From assembly GCA_026936335.1 (NCBI GenBank), contig JAPMXV010000052.1, positions 496,001 to 560,000 of the forward strand: a stretch of 64,000 nucleotides of DNA. Direction: 5' to 3'. Position numbers and translations under genes: made by a program. The DNA is from Mantamonas sphyraenae STR306 (Eukaryota; Protista; CRuMs). Below, piece after piece: positions 32,078 to 45,993 of the stretch. Each line of letters begins with the position of its first letter. Position 1 is the stretch's first letter. Below the pieces are notes generated by a model. That model was given only the letters and a program-made list of their open reading frames with translations, made no database searches and was not told the origin of the DNA.

Positions 32078-32914
32078 TTACTCCATGTGCCAACCGTTGG
32101 ATACAATGACACTCTGGCCGGTGAGAGAGTTGCTGTCAAAGCCGGCCAAAAAGGCAGCGACCTCGGCGACCTCTTCGCTGGAAACAAACTGCTTGTTGAC
32201 GGTGTCCTTGAGAAAGACGTCCGAGACCACGGCTTCTTCAGTGATGCCGAGGTTCTTTGCCTGGGCGGCGACCTGGCCTTCGACGAGCGGGGTCCACACG
32301 TAGCCGGGGCAGATGAGGTTTGAGCGGATGCCGTACTCGGCGCCCTCCTTGGCAATGACGCGGGTGAGGCCGGCGAGGCCGTGCTTTGCTGCCACGTAGG
32401 GGGCCTTGAGCGGTGAGGCAAGCTTGCTGTGCACACTTCCGGTGAAGATGATGCTTCCGTTGGCCTGGGCCTTGTTGTCTGCAGAGTCGTCGAGCCCAGC
32501 GGCGATGCCTCGCATGACCTCGCGGGCCGTCAGGAAGCAGCCGTCGAGGTTGATGCCAACAACACGCTTCCAGTCGCTGTATTCCAGATCCATGACACTG
32601 GAGATGTGCTGCACGCCTGCGTTTGCAACCAGGGTGTCCACAGTGCCCAGCGCCTTGCTGGCGTTTGCAACGCCGGCCACAACCTGCTCCTCGTCCGTCA
32701 CAAACATGGCTTGCGGGAACACGTCGGCGTCGGAAAAGCCTTCGGCGACCATTTGCTCGCACAGTTGTTCACACTTTCCCTGATCAACGTCACTGACCAC
32801 CACCTTTGCGCCAGACGCGAGGAAGCGGTGTACAATCGCCTTGCCAATGCCTCCTGTGGCGCCGGTGACCAGAGCCACCTTGCCTTGCAGGCTAACCAAT
32901 CCTTTGCTGCTCAT
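32078..32914 (-). CDS. 3-hydroxybutyrate dehydrogenase (bacterial-type SDR), intronless
   Basis: TGATGGIG, NAGVQH, GSVHS...KAPYVAAKHG, ICPGYVWTPLVEGQ; the Gln/His/Lys substrate residues are typical of HBDH. Confidence 0.88.
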   Translation of the reverse strand: MSSKGLVSLQGKVALVTGATGGIGKAIVHRFLASGAKVVVSDVDQGKCEQLCEQMVAEGFSDADVFPQAMFVTDEEQVVAGVANASKALGTVDTLVANAGVQHISSVMDLEYSDWKRVVGINLDGCFLTAREVMRGIAAGLDDSADNKAQANGSIIFTGSVHSKLASPLKAPYVAAKHGLAGLTRVIAKEGAEYGIRSNLICPGYVWTPLVEGQVAAQAKNLGITEEAVVSDVFLKDTVNKQFVSSEEVAEVAAFLAGFDSNSLTGQSVIVSNGWHME

Positions 32915-33065
32915 GTGGGCTGTGTTTCCGTTTTCGGGTTTGAAATGTCTCGAGTGTTTGTCGAGATTCCGAGTTGGGGTTGGGTGTTGGAGTGGGTGGG
33001 CCAGGGCCAGAGGGAGCAAGAGATGGTGATTGGAGAGCACGCAACCAGCAAACGAGCATATTCAC

Positions 33066-34499
33066 TCATTGGACCACCGGCCATGTGGCATTGAGGGCGT
33101 GGGAAAAGGGAGAAGCCCAGTCTCGGTCAAAGGCGTTCTGGACGTCGTTGCGGACGTTGGGATGTGTGCTGACAAAGGCGACGCCGGCAGTGTCGATGTA
33201 GTAGTCGCCGGACCAATTGCTTGTGCCCACATAGGCGTGGGAGTCTGTGACCTGGAACTTGGCGTGGTTGACACGTGTAAAGGGAACAGCGGCGCCGGTG
33301 GGATCAGGGGGCACGACAAACAGACGGACGTCGACGTTGTCGAGGACGTTGAGGGAGCGAAGGTACATGATTTGGTCAGCGCGAGTGTGGTTCCAGAAGC
33401 CAATGAGCATCTGGACTTTGATGCCGCGGAGGGCGGCAGAGCGGATGGCGTCGTCGATGGGTGGGAAGTACTGGGGAGTGCTGTAGAGGACGGACGGTGA
33501 GTAGTCCATGACCTCCATTTTCACAAAAGAGGCAGCGTTGTTGATGGTGTCGACCATGGCGTCGAGGTCAAAGGTGCGGCCCATGGGACACAGGTTCTTT
33601 GGGGAGCTGCTGAAGTAGACAGAGCCCGTCTGGTCGTCGAGTTGCATGGACCAAGGGTTGGACTGGTTGTGCAGCGGCTCCATGGACTGGGGCCAAACGG
33701 ACGGGAGGGAGGTAACTGCACCGGCCTCGTAGTACATGGCAAAGACCTTGTAGAGGTCGCGTGCGAGGCAGGAGCAGGAGGTGATGTACACGCCAAGTTC
33801 CTTGACCTGGGTCAGGGAGCGCCAATCCATGTTTGCAGAGCCGACGTACATGGAAGAGTTGTCGGCGAGGATGAACTTTGTGTGGAGGACACCCGAGTGG
33901 GTGGGATAGAACTTTGGCATGTCGACGACGCGGACCGAGGCGTAGCCTGCGTCGGCAAGGGCACGTGCATCGTCGGGCTGGTTGTTATCGATGGACTGGC
34001 TAATGGCAATGCGGATGGACACGCCACGCTTGGCAGCGTCGACCAGGGCCTGGTAGACGGCACGGCCTTCTTGAGAGCCGGTCCCCTCGGGGCCGTGCTG
34101 GTTGAAGGTCATGTAGAAGCATGCGATGTCCAGGGACTTTTTGGCGCCGTTGATGATGTCCAAGTAAGCCTGGGCAATGCTGACGTTTGTGTGGAGGGTC
34201 TGGTTGATACCGTAGGGGATGGACTCGACGAGTTGGTACTGGCAGGAGCCGTCGCAGGTTTCGGCACGCTTCTTGGCGGCCTGGGCCTGAGACTGTTCCT
34301 GGTGGATGACGACGCCGACGCAGAAGAGCATGATAAGGATGAGGAGGACGGCAATGCCGACGACCCAGTTGTTGCGCCTCATGGCGTCCATGCGGGTCCA
34401 GAAACGGGGCAGCCATTTGCTTCCTTCCTCGAGGTCAGAAAGCGGGGTGAAGGTGCCGTTGCCGTGGTTGGTGTTGCTTGTACGCCACGGAGAGGACAT
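33066..34499 (-). CDS. PLD3: PLD3/PLD4-type phospholipase D family 5'-exonuclease, type II membrane protein
   Basis: N-terminal TM helix, LVESIP, two HKD motifs (VLHTKFILAD; VNHAKFQVTD), YVGSANMDWRSLTQVKELG, YVGTSNWSGDY. Confidence 0.92.
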   Translation of the reverse strand: MSSPWRTSNTNHGNGTFTPLSDLEEGSKWLPRFWTRMDAMRRNNWVVGIAVLLILIMLFCVGVVIHQEQSQAQAAKKRAETCDGSCQYQLVESIPYGINQTLHTNVSIAQAYLDIINGAKKSLDIACFYMTFNQHGPEGTGSQEGRAVYQALVDAAKRGVSIRIAISQSIDNNQPDDARALADAGYASVRVVDMPKFYPTHSGVLHTKFILADNSSMYVGSANMDWRSLTQVKELGVYITSCSCLARDLYKVFAMYYEAGAVTSLPSVWPQSMEPLHNQSNPWSMQLDDQTGSVYFSSSPKNLCPMGRTFDLDAMVDTINNAASFVKMEVMDYSPSVLYSTPQYFPPIDDAIRSAALRGIKVQMLIGFWNHTRADQIMYLRSLNVLDNVDVRLFVVPPDPTGAAVPFTRVNHAKFQVTDSHAYVGTSNWSGDYYIDTAGVAFVSTHPNVRNDVQNAFDRDWASPFSHALNATWPVVQ

Positions 34500-34587
34500 G
34501 GGTGGCGTGGGTGGGGGGGCGAGGGGGAGAGGAAGGGGTTGAATGCAGAAGAGGTGGGTGCGGGAGCGAGCCAAAGCAAAAACAGGG

Positions 34588-35408
34588 ATGCGACCGAGCA
34601 GAAGTGGCGGCAGCGTGCAGGTGTTGCTTGTGCTGACGCTGGCGAGCGTACTGAGCGCATGTGTGGCTCAGGATACGGTGAGTGGCAAGTGAGTGGCAAG
34701 ATGCACGAGGTAAAGACGGACAGGGAGGGGGAGGGAGGCTGACGCAGAGGTACGCAGGGTGAAACGCTGGATATCCACCTGAGCGTGGATTCGGAAACGC
34801 ACCAGCTGATTCTGGACTACAACGAGATGATCCATGAGAAGGACAGCAACGATGACATCGACTTTAGCACAAAGGACATGCCACATGTGACACTGTACCT
34901 GACTGCGTTCCAGGGGAGCAAGGTGGACACGCTGTTGCAACGGTTGAGTGCCCTGTCCGCGAGCGGGGCCATGCGGTGCGCCAATGCATCGGAATGTGTG
35001 TATGAGTTGACGGATTTGAGTGTGAGCGGGCAGTTTGCCATGTGGAACGTGAGCAACAGTGCGTTTCTGCAGCGAATGAGCGACACGATTGTCAACGCCA
35101 CGTGCGACCTGATTGTGCCGAACCAGCCTGTGCCCGGGTGGGTCAACTCGCTGCCCGAGCCCGAGCGTAGCGAAAAGATCCGAATGATCCAAAAGTACGG
35201 GTCACCCAACGTGTTTAGTCAATTTCAGCCGCACATTACCATGGCGTGGGACGGAACGACGCCCGAGAAGCTGGCACAGGTGGTAGGCGAGCTGGATGCC
35301 CAACCAAGGACAGTGAGGCCGCCGAGTGTGGCTGTGGGACACACGGGTCCGCATGGGACGGTGGTGTCCGGGGGCACGTTGGACGAGTGGCTGGTTCAGC
35401 CGGAATGA
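34588..35408 (+). CDS. Secreted 2H phosphoesterase-fold protein (intron 34678-34757)
   Basis: Signal peptide VQVLLVLTLASVLSACVA and two HxT motifs, MPHVTLY and FQPHITM. Confidence 0.75.
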
Positions 35409-35575
35409 ACTTGAAGTGATTGGCCATGGCAGAGCGGCGGCTCTACACTGAGGGGCTGGTGTGGAGGGCGTATGATGCGTGTTTGGAGTTGGATGGATGG
35501 CATGCGACGGCGCGGGCAACGGTAGAGATGGTGAGTGAGGCGCACAGTGGGAAAGGCAGGTGGCTGTGGAGCTGA

Positions 35576-37524
<1,949 letters not shown>

Positions 37525-37722
37525 GAATGTTGACAATGAACGATGGTTTATGTGTGTGTATGTATGTGTGTTGTTTTGGGGGATGATGGGGTTGCCAGGG
37601 AGGTTGTGGACGGGAGGAAGGGAAGGAGGGCGGACGCTCGGTTTGCCGATGCCTGCCAGGAAGGGGAGAATGGGGTGGAGAGGGGCCAAGGGGCCAAGGG
37701 GCCAAGATGACGTTGAGGCTCG

Positions 37723-38427
37723 TCACTTTTTTGCCATCTTGCGTTCAAACTCCGCCCAGTAGTCCTTGCCGAAGCGGCTGAGCCTGCTGATGGAGCCGGC
37801 CTTCTTGAGCAGCTCCTTCTCGTTGGAGGTGTTCTGTCGAATGGTGTGGAGCTCCTTGGCTGAGTGGCGAACAGCATGCTGGAGCTCGGATTGGTCGATG
37901 GATGATGCAGGGCGGGCCTCAAACATGCGGATGGTCGCGTCGAGGGAACTGATGCGCTGCTCGCGCTTCAGGATGAGCTGGTCGAGCTCCTGGATCCAGC
38001 GGGTACGCAGTGCATGCACCAGAAGCTGTATTTTCTCTTCTTCAGAGGTTTGGTTTGAGCCGACGCCACGCAGGACCTTGTCTTCGTCCTTGAGGAGTTT
38101 GCGGTAGCGCTTCTCCATTCGCTGGCGGGAAATTGGGGTGAAGGAGGGTAGGCAGAGTAGACACAACAGGAAGTGTGGAGTGGGGCAGGGGTGGTTGGAG
38201 GGTGTGAGCGAAACGGGGAGCGGGCAGTGGGCAATGGGAGCGGCGTGCAAACGTACCTTTGGGGTCAAGGTGTCCTGGTCGACTGTGCCGGCGACGAGCG
38301 GATGGGCACGGACGGCGCGGGAGATCATGTTTGTTTCTTTCTCGCCATACTTTTGGACAAAGAGGGCAAGGAGGAGTTTGGAGCGTGTGGTGAGCTCGGG
38401 TCGTTTAGACGCCTTGCTGCTGCTCAT
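37723..38427 (-). CDS. Small protein resembling the N-terminal SANT-like/coiled-coil region of BRD8-type NuA4 subunits (no bromodomain)
   Basis: KLLLALFVQKYG...ISRAVRAHP...YRKLL...LRTRWIQELDQLI; intron 38122-38256. Confidence 0.5.
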   Translation of the reverse strand: MSSSKASKRPELTTRSKLLLALFVQKYGEKETNMISRAVRAHPLVAGTVDQDTLTPKVRLHAAPIAHCPLPVSLTPSNHPCPTPHFLLCLLCLPSFTPISRQRMEKRYRKLLKDEDKVLRGVGSNQTSEEEKIQLLVHALRTRWIQELDQLILKREQRISSLDATIRMFEARPASSIDQSELQHAVRHSAKELHTIRQNTSNEKELLKKAGSISRLSRFGKDYWAEFERKMAKK

Positions 38428-38604
38428 GGTTTTGGGCGCGATGGCGCAGGCAAGGCAGACAATGAGCACACATCTGGGGCGACAGGGAGCGGGTGTGGCT
38501 GTGTTGGTGGCTGTGCTGTGGTGGTGGCGAACGTTGTGGCGAACGTTGTGGCGATTGGGGAGGGACACGCGCTGGGGGACGCAGACCTGTCGAGAGTGCA
38601 AAGC

Positions 38605-39188
38605 ATGAGCAGCACAGAAAAAAGCGAGGAGAGCGTGTGGGACTACCCACGTCCACCTGCCCTGGATGAGATGGGCAAGCACGTCAAGGTGGTGTACAAC
38701 GGTGTGGTGATCGCCGAGACGGATTCCGCGCTGCGAATCCTAGAGACAAGCCATCCACCGACAGTGTACATTCCCAAAGAGGACATCAACATGGAGTACC
38801 TGGAAGAGGTGTCTGGCAAGTCGAGCTACTGCGAATGGAAGGGTGGGTTGTGGCCAAAGTAGCTGGAGTTCCGGCGGAGAGTTGCGGCACGGAAGACTGG
38901 CTGACGTATTCATACGTGTACCATTATGCAGGGGCAGCCACATACTACGATATCGTGGTGGACGGAAAGACAAGCAAAGCGGCAGCATGGACGTACTTGG
39001 AGCCGAACAAGACGTACGCAAAGCTGGAGGGCCACCTGTGCTTCTACGCCTCACGTGTGGATGAAGCATGGGTGGATGATGAGCAGGTGGTTCCGCAGGA
39101 AGGGGATTTTTACGGCGGATGGATCTACGCGGGCATTTCGGGCGGGGAGAAGGGGTTCAAGGGAAGGCCGGGCACGCTGTGGTGGTGA
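38605..39188 (+). CDS. DUF427-family protein (one intron)
   Basis: ESVWDYPRPP, LETSHPPTVYIP, SYCEWKG|AATYYD, AAWTY.EP, GDFYGGWI. Confidence 0.85.
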
Positions 39189-39247
39189 TGGAAGGGAAGG
39201 GAACAAGGGAACTGGAATGGATGGAAGTTAGGAAATGCATTTGGGGA

Positions 39248-41979
39248 TCACTTCTTGAGCTGGTCGAGGGCGTTGGTGCTCTCGTACTGCTCGTACTGGT
39301 GGATCTTGTTTGCGACGAGGGACTTGAGCGGACCGAGGATGCGCTCAAAGGTGGACCGCTCGAGACGGAGGGCCACCACATCCTCTGTTGCGGTGACTGT
39401 GCATGCCCTGGGGTCGTTGGTGAGAAGAGCAAGCTCGCCAAAGTAGTCGCCTGCGCCGAGGCGGCCAACCACGTTGACCGAGTTTCCTTCCTCTTGGTCA
39501 TTGCCCTGTGGGGCTTTGGTGCACACGACCTTGCCCGACTCGATGATGTACTGTGGGACAGGTGGTAGGTGGTGGGTGGTGGGTGGGCTGTTGTCAGTGG
39601 GGTGTGGTCGGTGGGGGGTAGGGTGTTTTGGGGGTTGGCACGACATACAAAGAATTCGCTGTTTGCAGCATCCATGCCGTCCCCTTCGTTGATGATGGCC
39701 TCGCCCTCCTTGAATTTCTGCTCTGTGAGGGCGTCGGCCAGTGAGTAACGCTCGTAGTTGTCGAGGCTCTCTGTAGGCGCGGAAAGGTTTGCGGTTTGTG
39801 GGGTGGGAGATGTGAGCGGACGTGGGTAGAGCAGGGTGGGTAGCAGGGGTGGAAACAGGCAGAGACAACATACCGAGGAGGGGCACCTTGTCGAGAAACT
39901 CCTTGTACTGGTCACGGCGCTGTTGGGTGGTGTTGAGGAGAATGTGCTTGTAGCTGAGCCTGTCGACTGCCCACAGGCGTGAATCCTCGACGGCTATGAC
40001 GGTGGCGGCACGGGGAGTATCATACATGAGGGCCAGCTCGCCAAAGCTGTCTCCGTGGGAGCAGGTGAGCACCTTGACGGGCTCTGCGTCCCCTTGCTGG
40101 ACAAAGATGTCGCACACGCCTGTGTCGACGACGTAAAAGTAGTCGCCCTCGTCGCCTGTGAAGGGTGGGTGGCGTGCCGGTGTGAGCAGGAGAGTTGTGG
40201 GGAGAGGGGGAGGGTAACCACGGGTGTACAGAGCAAGGGAACGTACCTTGACGGATGATGACTGCATCCTTGTCAAACTTCTTCTCCACCATGGCGTTAA
40301 GGACTGCTGTGCGCTGCTCGTCGTCGAGGATGCGGATGAGAAAGTTGCCCGAGACCATTTCGCGCAAGCTCGCGAGCTCCTCCGAGCTCTTTGGCACGAT
40401 CATGGGCTTGAAGTCGGCCTGTGGGAGTGTGCAGTGCAACATGGGTTGGGTTGGGCCGCGCGGTAGGTGTGGGGTCAGTTGTGCTGCGCCGTATGCAGTG
40501 TCGGAGAGAAGTGCAGCGAAATGGAAGGTCCAAAAAAAAAAGGAGGTGTCCCTTTTGTGTTGTGGCCAGGAAACGTCGGAATCGGCCAGGCGATTGTGGC
40601 GGGCTGGGAATGAATGGTCCAATGTGGGTTGGAGAGGCTGGGTGCAGTGTCACGTACCCTGGTCACACTCTCTGCAGAGACGCCCGAGCGGCGTTTCTTG
40701 GAGCCGGGACCCAACGGGCTTCGCAGGTGTCCGTTCTTTGCGTCGGCGTTCTCTGCAGCGACGTCGTCGTCGTCGTCTGCCTCGAGGAGCTCCTTGAGGG
40801 TCTCGGAGGCACCGAGGGGCAGCAGGTCGAGCGGACGCATGCCGTCGTCGTTGTGGACACCCTTGAGGGCGCCGGATATCACGAGCTCTTGGCACATGGA
40901 CTCGTGGCCGTATTTTGCGGCCAGATGGAGCGGGGTGTTGCCGTTTTCATCCCGCGTGTCGAGATGTTCCTTGTACTCACCGAGACGCTGGACGACATCA
41001 CTCTGTTGACGAGGGGGGATGGGGTGCAGGAAGACCGAGACGGCAGGGAGTGTGTGAGTGTAAACAAAGGACGCACGCGGACATTCGGAAACGCAGGAAA
41101 ACTCGGACCTGCGCCAGGGCCACAGGTCGCCAGGAGCAGGCGGTGCGCGTGGAGGCCTCGGCAGTCGGCCATGGAACATAGACGTAGAGAGTACACGGCA
41201 GGAGGGACATCTGGGCTGGGGCTGGGAAAGCGGCAGAAGAAGGAAGCAGCGGGTGGGGAACGGCCGCATCGAAAAAGTTGGGCAACGGTTTTTCGTGGCG
41301 AGACGTACAAGTTGGCAGCGCACAGCGTGGTGCAGGGGAGGGTTGACGATGCCACGTTCAAACTCGCTGTCGGCGGCGTCGATCATACAGATGGCCTCGT
41401 GTTGTTGGCCCTGTGAAAGGTGTGAGGAGGAGAGTTTGAGCGCGGACTGGGATGGATCTCGACTGCCGGGTAGAGGGACGGGAAAAAGAACAAAAACAAG
41501 GGCAGTTCCGCAAAGAGGTGTGGTGACAAACATACCTTGTCCATAGCATAGATGAGGGCGCTGATAGGTTTCTGGCCAGGAGCGACGGAGCACTCGATAA
41601 AGGGATCGACGTTGTCAACCTCGCAAAGCAACTGGATGCCGTTCGCGTTTTCGGTCTCGATGAAGAAGTGCAAGGCCGAGAGCTTGCGGCCGTCGTCGGT
41701 GTCCACGAGGGTATTCACGGGCAGGACAACGCCTGCGTCAAAGGCGTCGTCCAGTGCCGCACTGTCGTCAGCCAGCACATGCCGGACAAACTCCTCGGTG
41801 CTCATCTGTGCGGAGGGAGAGGAGCCGCTCTCTCGACCGGACTTTTTGGCAGCGGCCGGAGCCGTGGCATGGTCGCTCTCCTCGGCCGCCGCCTGGTCTC
41901 CTGGGCTGAGGCTTTGGTTGCTCATGCCTGGGTTGGCCGCGGACTTGTCCTTTGCGGCGGTGGAGGTTCCACAGCCCAT
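39248..41979 (-). CDS. cAMP-dependent kinase regulatory subunit with N-terminal acylation motif and ankyrin repeats (multi-exon)
   Basis: MGCGTS start, ankyrin repeat GNTPLHLAAKYGH, inhibitor site KKRRSGVSAES, two CNB domains (FGELALMYDTPRAATV; FGELALLTNDPRACTV). Confidence 0.85.
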
Positions 41980-42056
41980 TGTCGCAAAAGGCAGCTGAGT
42001 GTTGGTTTTTGTTTGGCGACGCCGGGGCCAGGCAAAACTGGTCCCATCACCCAAGC

Positions 42057-43187
42057 ATGGACGTGGTGTTTGAGCCCCTCACGCGAGAGGAGATGTTTGA
42101 CATCGAGGAGGAGCTGGAGAAGAGGGATCCCGACGTGAAGCTGAAGGAACCTTGTAGGTTGCCAAAGCGGCGAGAATGTGCTGGAAGGGGCGCGAGGGCT
42201 TTGCTTGTCAAGGGACGCTGGAAGCTGACATGGACCTCATGGGCACTTGTGGATGTGTGTATGTGTACATGTGTGGATGTGTGTGCGTGTGCGTGGATGT
42301 GATTTGTGTTTTCGTGTGTGCGTGTGTGCGTATGTGCGCGTGTGTGGGGTGCGGGCACGTACGGAACCGGAAACCGCGCCGGTGCAGCGCCCAATGCGTG
42401 CGTATACTATCTGAGAGGCAACTGCAGGAACGGCACGCGATGCCCGTACCCGCACGAGAAGGGCTCGACTGTGGTGTGCAAGCATTGGCTACGCGGCCTG
42501 TGTAAAAAGGGGGAGAACTGCGAATTTTTGCACGAGTACAACCTGGAAAAGGTGAGTGTCGTCGAGGTCGACAGAGGGCCGAGAGCGCACAGGGGGAGGA
42601 TGGTGGAGGGGCGGCAACTCACACGCAGCGGATCACGTACAAAGATGCCCGAGTGCTTCTTCTACAACACATACGGCGAGTGCAACAACGAAGAATGTTT
42701 GTACAAGCACATTGACCCGGACGACAAGGTGGTTATTTGTCCCTGGTACACAAGGGGCTTTTGCAAGCATGGCCCACGCTGCAGGCACAAGCATGAGAAG
42801 AAGGAAGCGTGCCAGGACTACCTGGACGGCCTGTGCCTGCTGGGACCAAACTGCGAGTTTGGGCATCCCAAGTACGAGCACCTGAGCGAGCAGGAGGTGG
42901 CTGAGCTGAGCAGCAACAGCAGAGAGCGCAACAAGTACCGCTGCCACAAGTGTGGCGAGTACGGGCACAAGGGCGTGGATTGCCCAAGGACAATGGAGCT
43001 GGCGGAGGAATCATCGATGCAGCAGCGATCCAGCAGGCCTCCGCTCGAGTCGGTGCAGTGTTACAAGTGTGGCGAGTATGGTCACTATGCCAACCACTGC
43101 CCAAACCCACGCAACGACTCTGTGCAGCGGCCACGCGTGCAGTTTACTGGCAACGGGATTCCTCGCGGGTTTCCAGGGTCAAGGTGA
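42057..43187 (+). CDS. CPSF4: Cleavage and polyadenylation factor CPSF30/YTH1
   Basis: VCKHWLRGLCKKGENCEFLHEYN, CPWYTRGFCKHGP, five CCCH fingers and two CCHC knuckles. Confidence 0.9.
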
Positions 43188-43364
43188 TGGGAGGAACAAG
43201 ACGATGATGGAAGTGGGGATGTGAGAAATGGAAAACATGACGCACAAGATCTGGACAGAGAGAGTGAGAGTGAGTGAGAGAGCAGGGGAAGACAGTTGCG
43301 GGGCCGGGTTTCAATCAAAACTTCTTTGCATTGCTTGCTGACCACAGCGCGCCGAACGCCATTC

Positions 43365-44667
43365 TTACGGCTCAGTGGTAGCCTTCTCCTCCGGCTGCGG
43401 GTTGACTTTGTTGTCGGCATTCTTGACAAAGCGCAGCTTCTTCTTGGGCTTCTCCTTGATGGGCACAGCCAAGGTAAAGAGAGCGCCAAACACAATGCCG
43501 ACGTAGCTCCAGGCACCACCAAGTGCTGAGAACGCATCACCGGCAGTGTAGGCCGCATACTGGGAGCTGGTGGTCACAAAGAGCGACTCGGGGCGGAAGA
43601 TCATCTGAGTGGGGTTCGGGTAGCTGGCCTGCTCGGAAGCAGAGACGCTGGAGCCGTAGATGACGTCAAAGGTAGAGCTGATGGGCGCGGCCGCGTAGGT
43701 GTACAGCGAAGTGCCGTTGATGAGGCGTTCGCGCACAGTGCTTACGGTTGCGAATACGGCGGCCTTGTATGGCACCACAGAGATGGAGGCCTTGGACGGG
43801 CCCTCGGTTCGGTTGAACATGCCCAGGAAAACAAGGCGTGTCAACTCCACGTAGTCGTCAGCAGGCGGCGTGGGCGGCGTCTCCTTCACCGTGAACGAGA
43901 GGAACATCGAGTCCTTCAGCGACGTGGCCTTGAAGTGTGACAGCTCCGTGATCTCACCTCCAGCCGGCGGGGGCTTGCTTGTCATCGTCTTGGTGTCACC
44001 GTTGAAGATGAAGCTGTGGGGCCGTGCGAGCAATGTGTGAGCTCTGGAAGGATTGCAGTGGGCGCCTGAGTCGCGCGCAGTCTCGTCCTGTGCGTACGTA
44101 CCATCCCTCAATCTTTTCTCCAGGGAAGATTTCCACAGAGGCGTTGACCTGTGTGGGGCAATACCGCTCCTTGCCCTTGGCGTCTGACCAGGTGCACGCG
44201 TGGCGGATCTCGTTCTCGTCCGTCTGGCTCTGGGCCCAGATGCGGAGTTGCGCGGTGCTGTGTGCAGGGAGGGCAACAGGATGACACAGGAGCGAGAAAA
44301 ATGCAACAACAACACGTGTCGTTCGCGAGCGAGTCAGTACGTAGGAGGTTGGGCAATGCATGCCCCGTGTCAAAGGAACGCGTTTGTGCTTTTTTCCAAC
44401 GGCTCTTTTGGCGCGTCGTAGCGGACAGGTTCACCATCTTGCAAAAACCTACGGGCCAAAGGGGCAAATGAAGAGGCCCGGGAATTCGAGCGTCGTCTCC
44501 TTGTCAAAGGAAAATCGAGAGGCAGGGCTCTCGTCTGCCTCCTGGACGCGGATGCCAAGGATGACGGCGTATGTAATCATGCCAGCTGCTGCGCAGAGGA
44601 CTGCCAGCATGTACACAATCTTGGAGGTTTTGTCCTGGAGACGGTCCCACACTTTGATTTCTTCCAT
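43365..44667 (-). CDS. Two-TM membrane protein with DEG/ENaC-like (or PAC-like) topology, multi-exon
   Basis: TM1, then EFPGLFICP (compare the ENaC FPAVTxC motif), an extracellular loop, then [20 protein letters not shown] (TM2) and a basic tail. Confidence 0.55.
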
Positions 44668-44731
44668 GTTTGAACACTGGTGCGGTGGAATGGATTGCGT
44701 GTGTCGCCGCAAGCGCACCCATCCCATCCCA

Positions 44732-44924
44732 ATGAGCAAGCGAGGTCAGACGCGCAAGCGAGGCAGCAAACGCCAAGCTGGCGACAGCGTGGACGACCCG
44801 GAGTACACGAGCGTCGATACCAAGCGTCAGCGTGTGGACAAGCTGAGCAAGAAGCAGGCAAAGGCTGCCGCGAGCGTGAGCGGCGTGGTTGCCAAAGAGC
44901 AGCAAAGCCAGATTGCATCATCGT

Positions 44925-44956
<32 letters not shown>

Positions 44957-45921
44957 GCCAGCAGCAGCAGCGGGGCAACGTCCTCGGGCAAGGTGTCCAT
45001 GCTGAAGCGCAAGCAAGACTCGCTTGCAAAACGGGAGGCCAAACGGCTTGCAGCAGGCAAGCGCAACATCAACGAGGAGACCGGAGAACCGAAGCTGGCA
45101 AAGACGTTGATGGAGAAGGAGACACAGCCACGGCTGATTGTGGTGCTGGAGAGGGCAAACCTGGAAGTGGGCAACGTGGGCCACAAATACGTCCTGCTCA
45201 ACTGCGACGACCACGCCACATTCCTGCGCCGCAACCAGCGGGACCCTGCCGAACTGCGACCGGACATTGCACATCAGTGCCTGTTGGCGCTGTTTGATAG
45301 CCCGTTGAACAAGGCGGGGCTGCTGCAGGTGTATGTGCACACCGAGAAAGGCGTCCTTTTTGAAATCAACCCACAGACACGCATCCCACGCACATTTCGC
45401 CGATTTTCGGGCCTAATGGGTAAGTAGACACAGCATGCATGACGCATGTGCGCAGAGTTGGAGGCAGGCGTGGGCTACACGGCGCAAGAGCCTGTGGTGA
45501 CAAGCCGACGGGAAAATCCGCACGGACGGACTGACGGAAACGCGCACGCACGCACGCACACACAATCACGCCCACAGTGCAACTGCTGAACAAACTGAGT
45601 ATCCGGGCATCGAATGGACCGGAGAAGCTGCTGCAGGTGATCAAGAACCCCGTGTCGCAACACTTGCCGCTGAACTGCATTCGACTGGGCACGAGTTGCA
45701 AGTCGGAGAACCTGGTGCGCCTGGACGACTTTGTGGAAAAGATGCAGGCAGACGAGGCAAACCATGGGCCGGTTGTGTTTGTGATTGGGGCCATGGCTCA
45801 CGGAATGGTGGAGGTGGACTACGTGACGGACGAAGTGGCCATCAGCCAGTACCCGCTGAGTGGGGCGGCCGTGTGTTCACGCGTGTGCACAGCGTTTGAG
45901 CGTGCGTGGAAGGTTCTTTGA
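44732..45921 (+). CDS. EMG1: 18S rRNA pseudouridine methyltransferase EMG1/NEP1
   Basis: [56 protein letters not shown]. Confidence 0.95.
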
Positions 45922-45993
45922 GGTGTGCAGTGCTGTGTGTTGCCAATCCATCATTCCCATCATTTCAATCATGAGCGCGCTCGACATTCTCAT

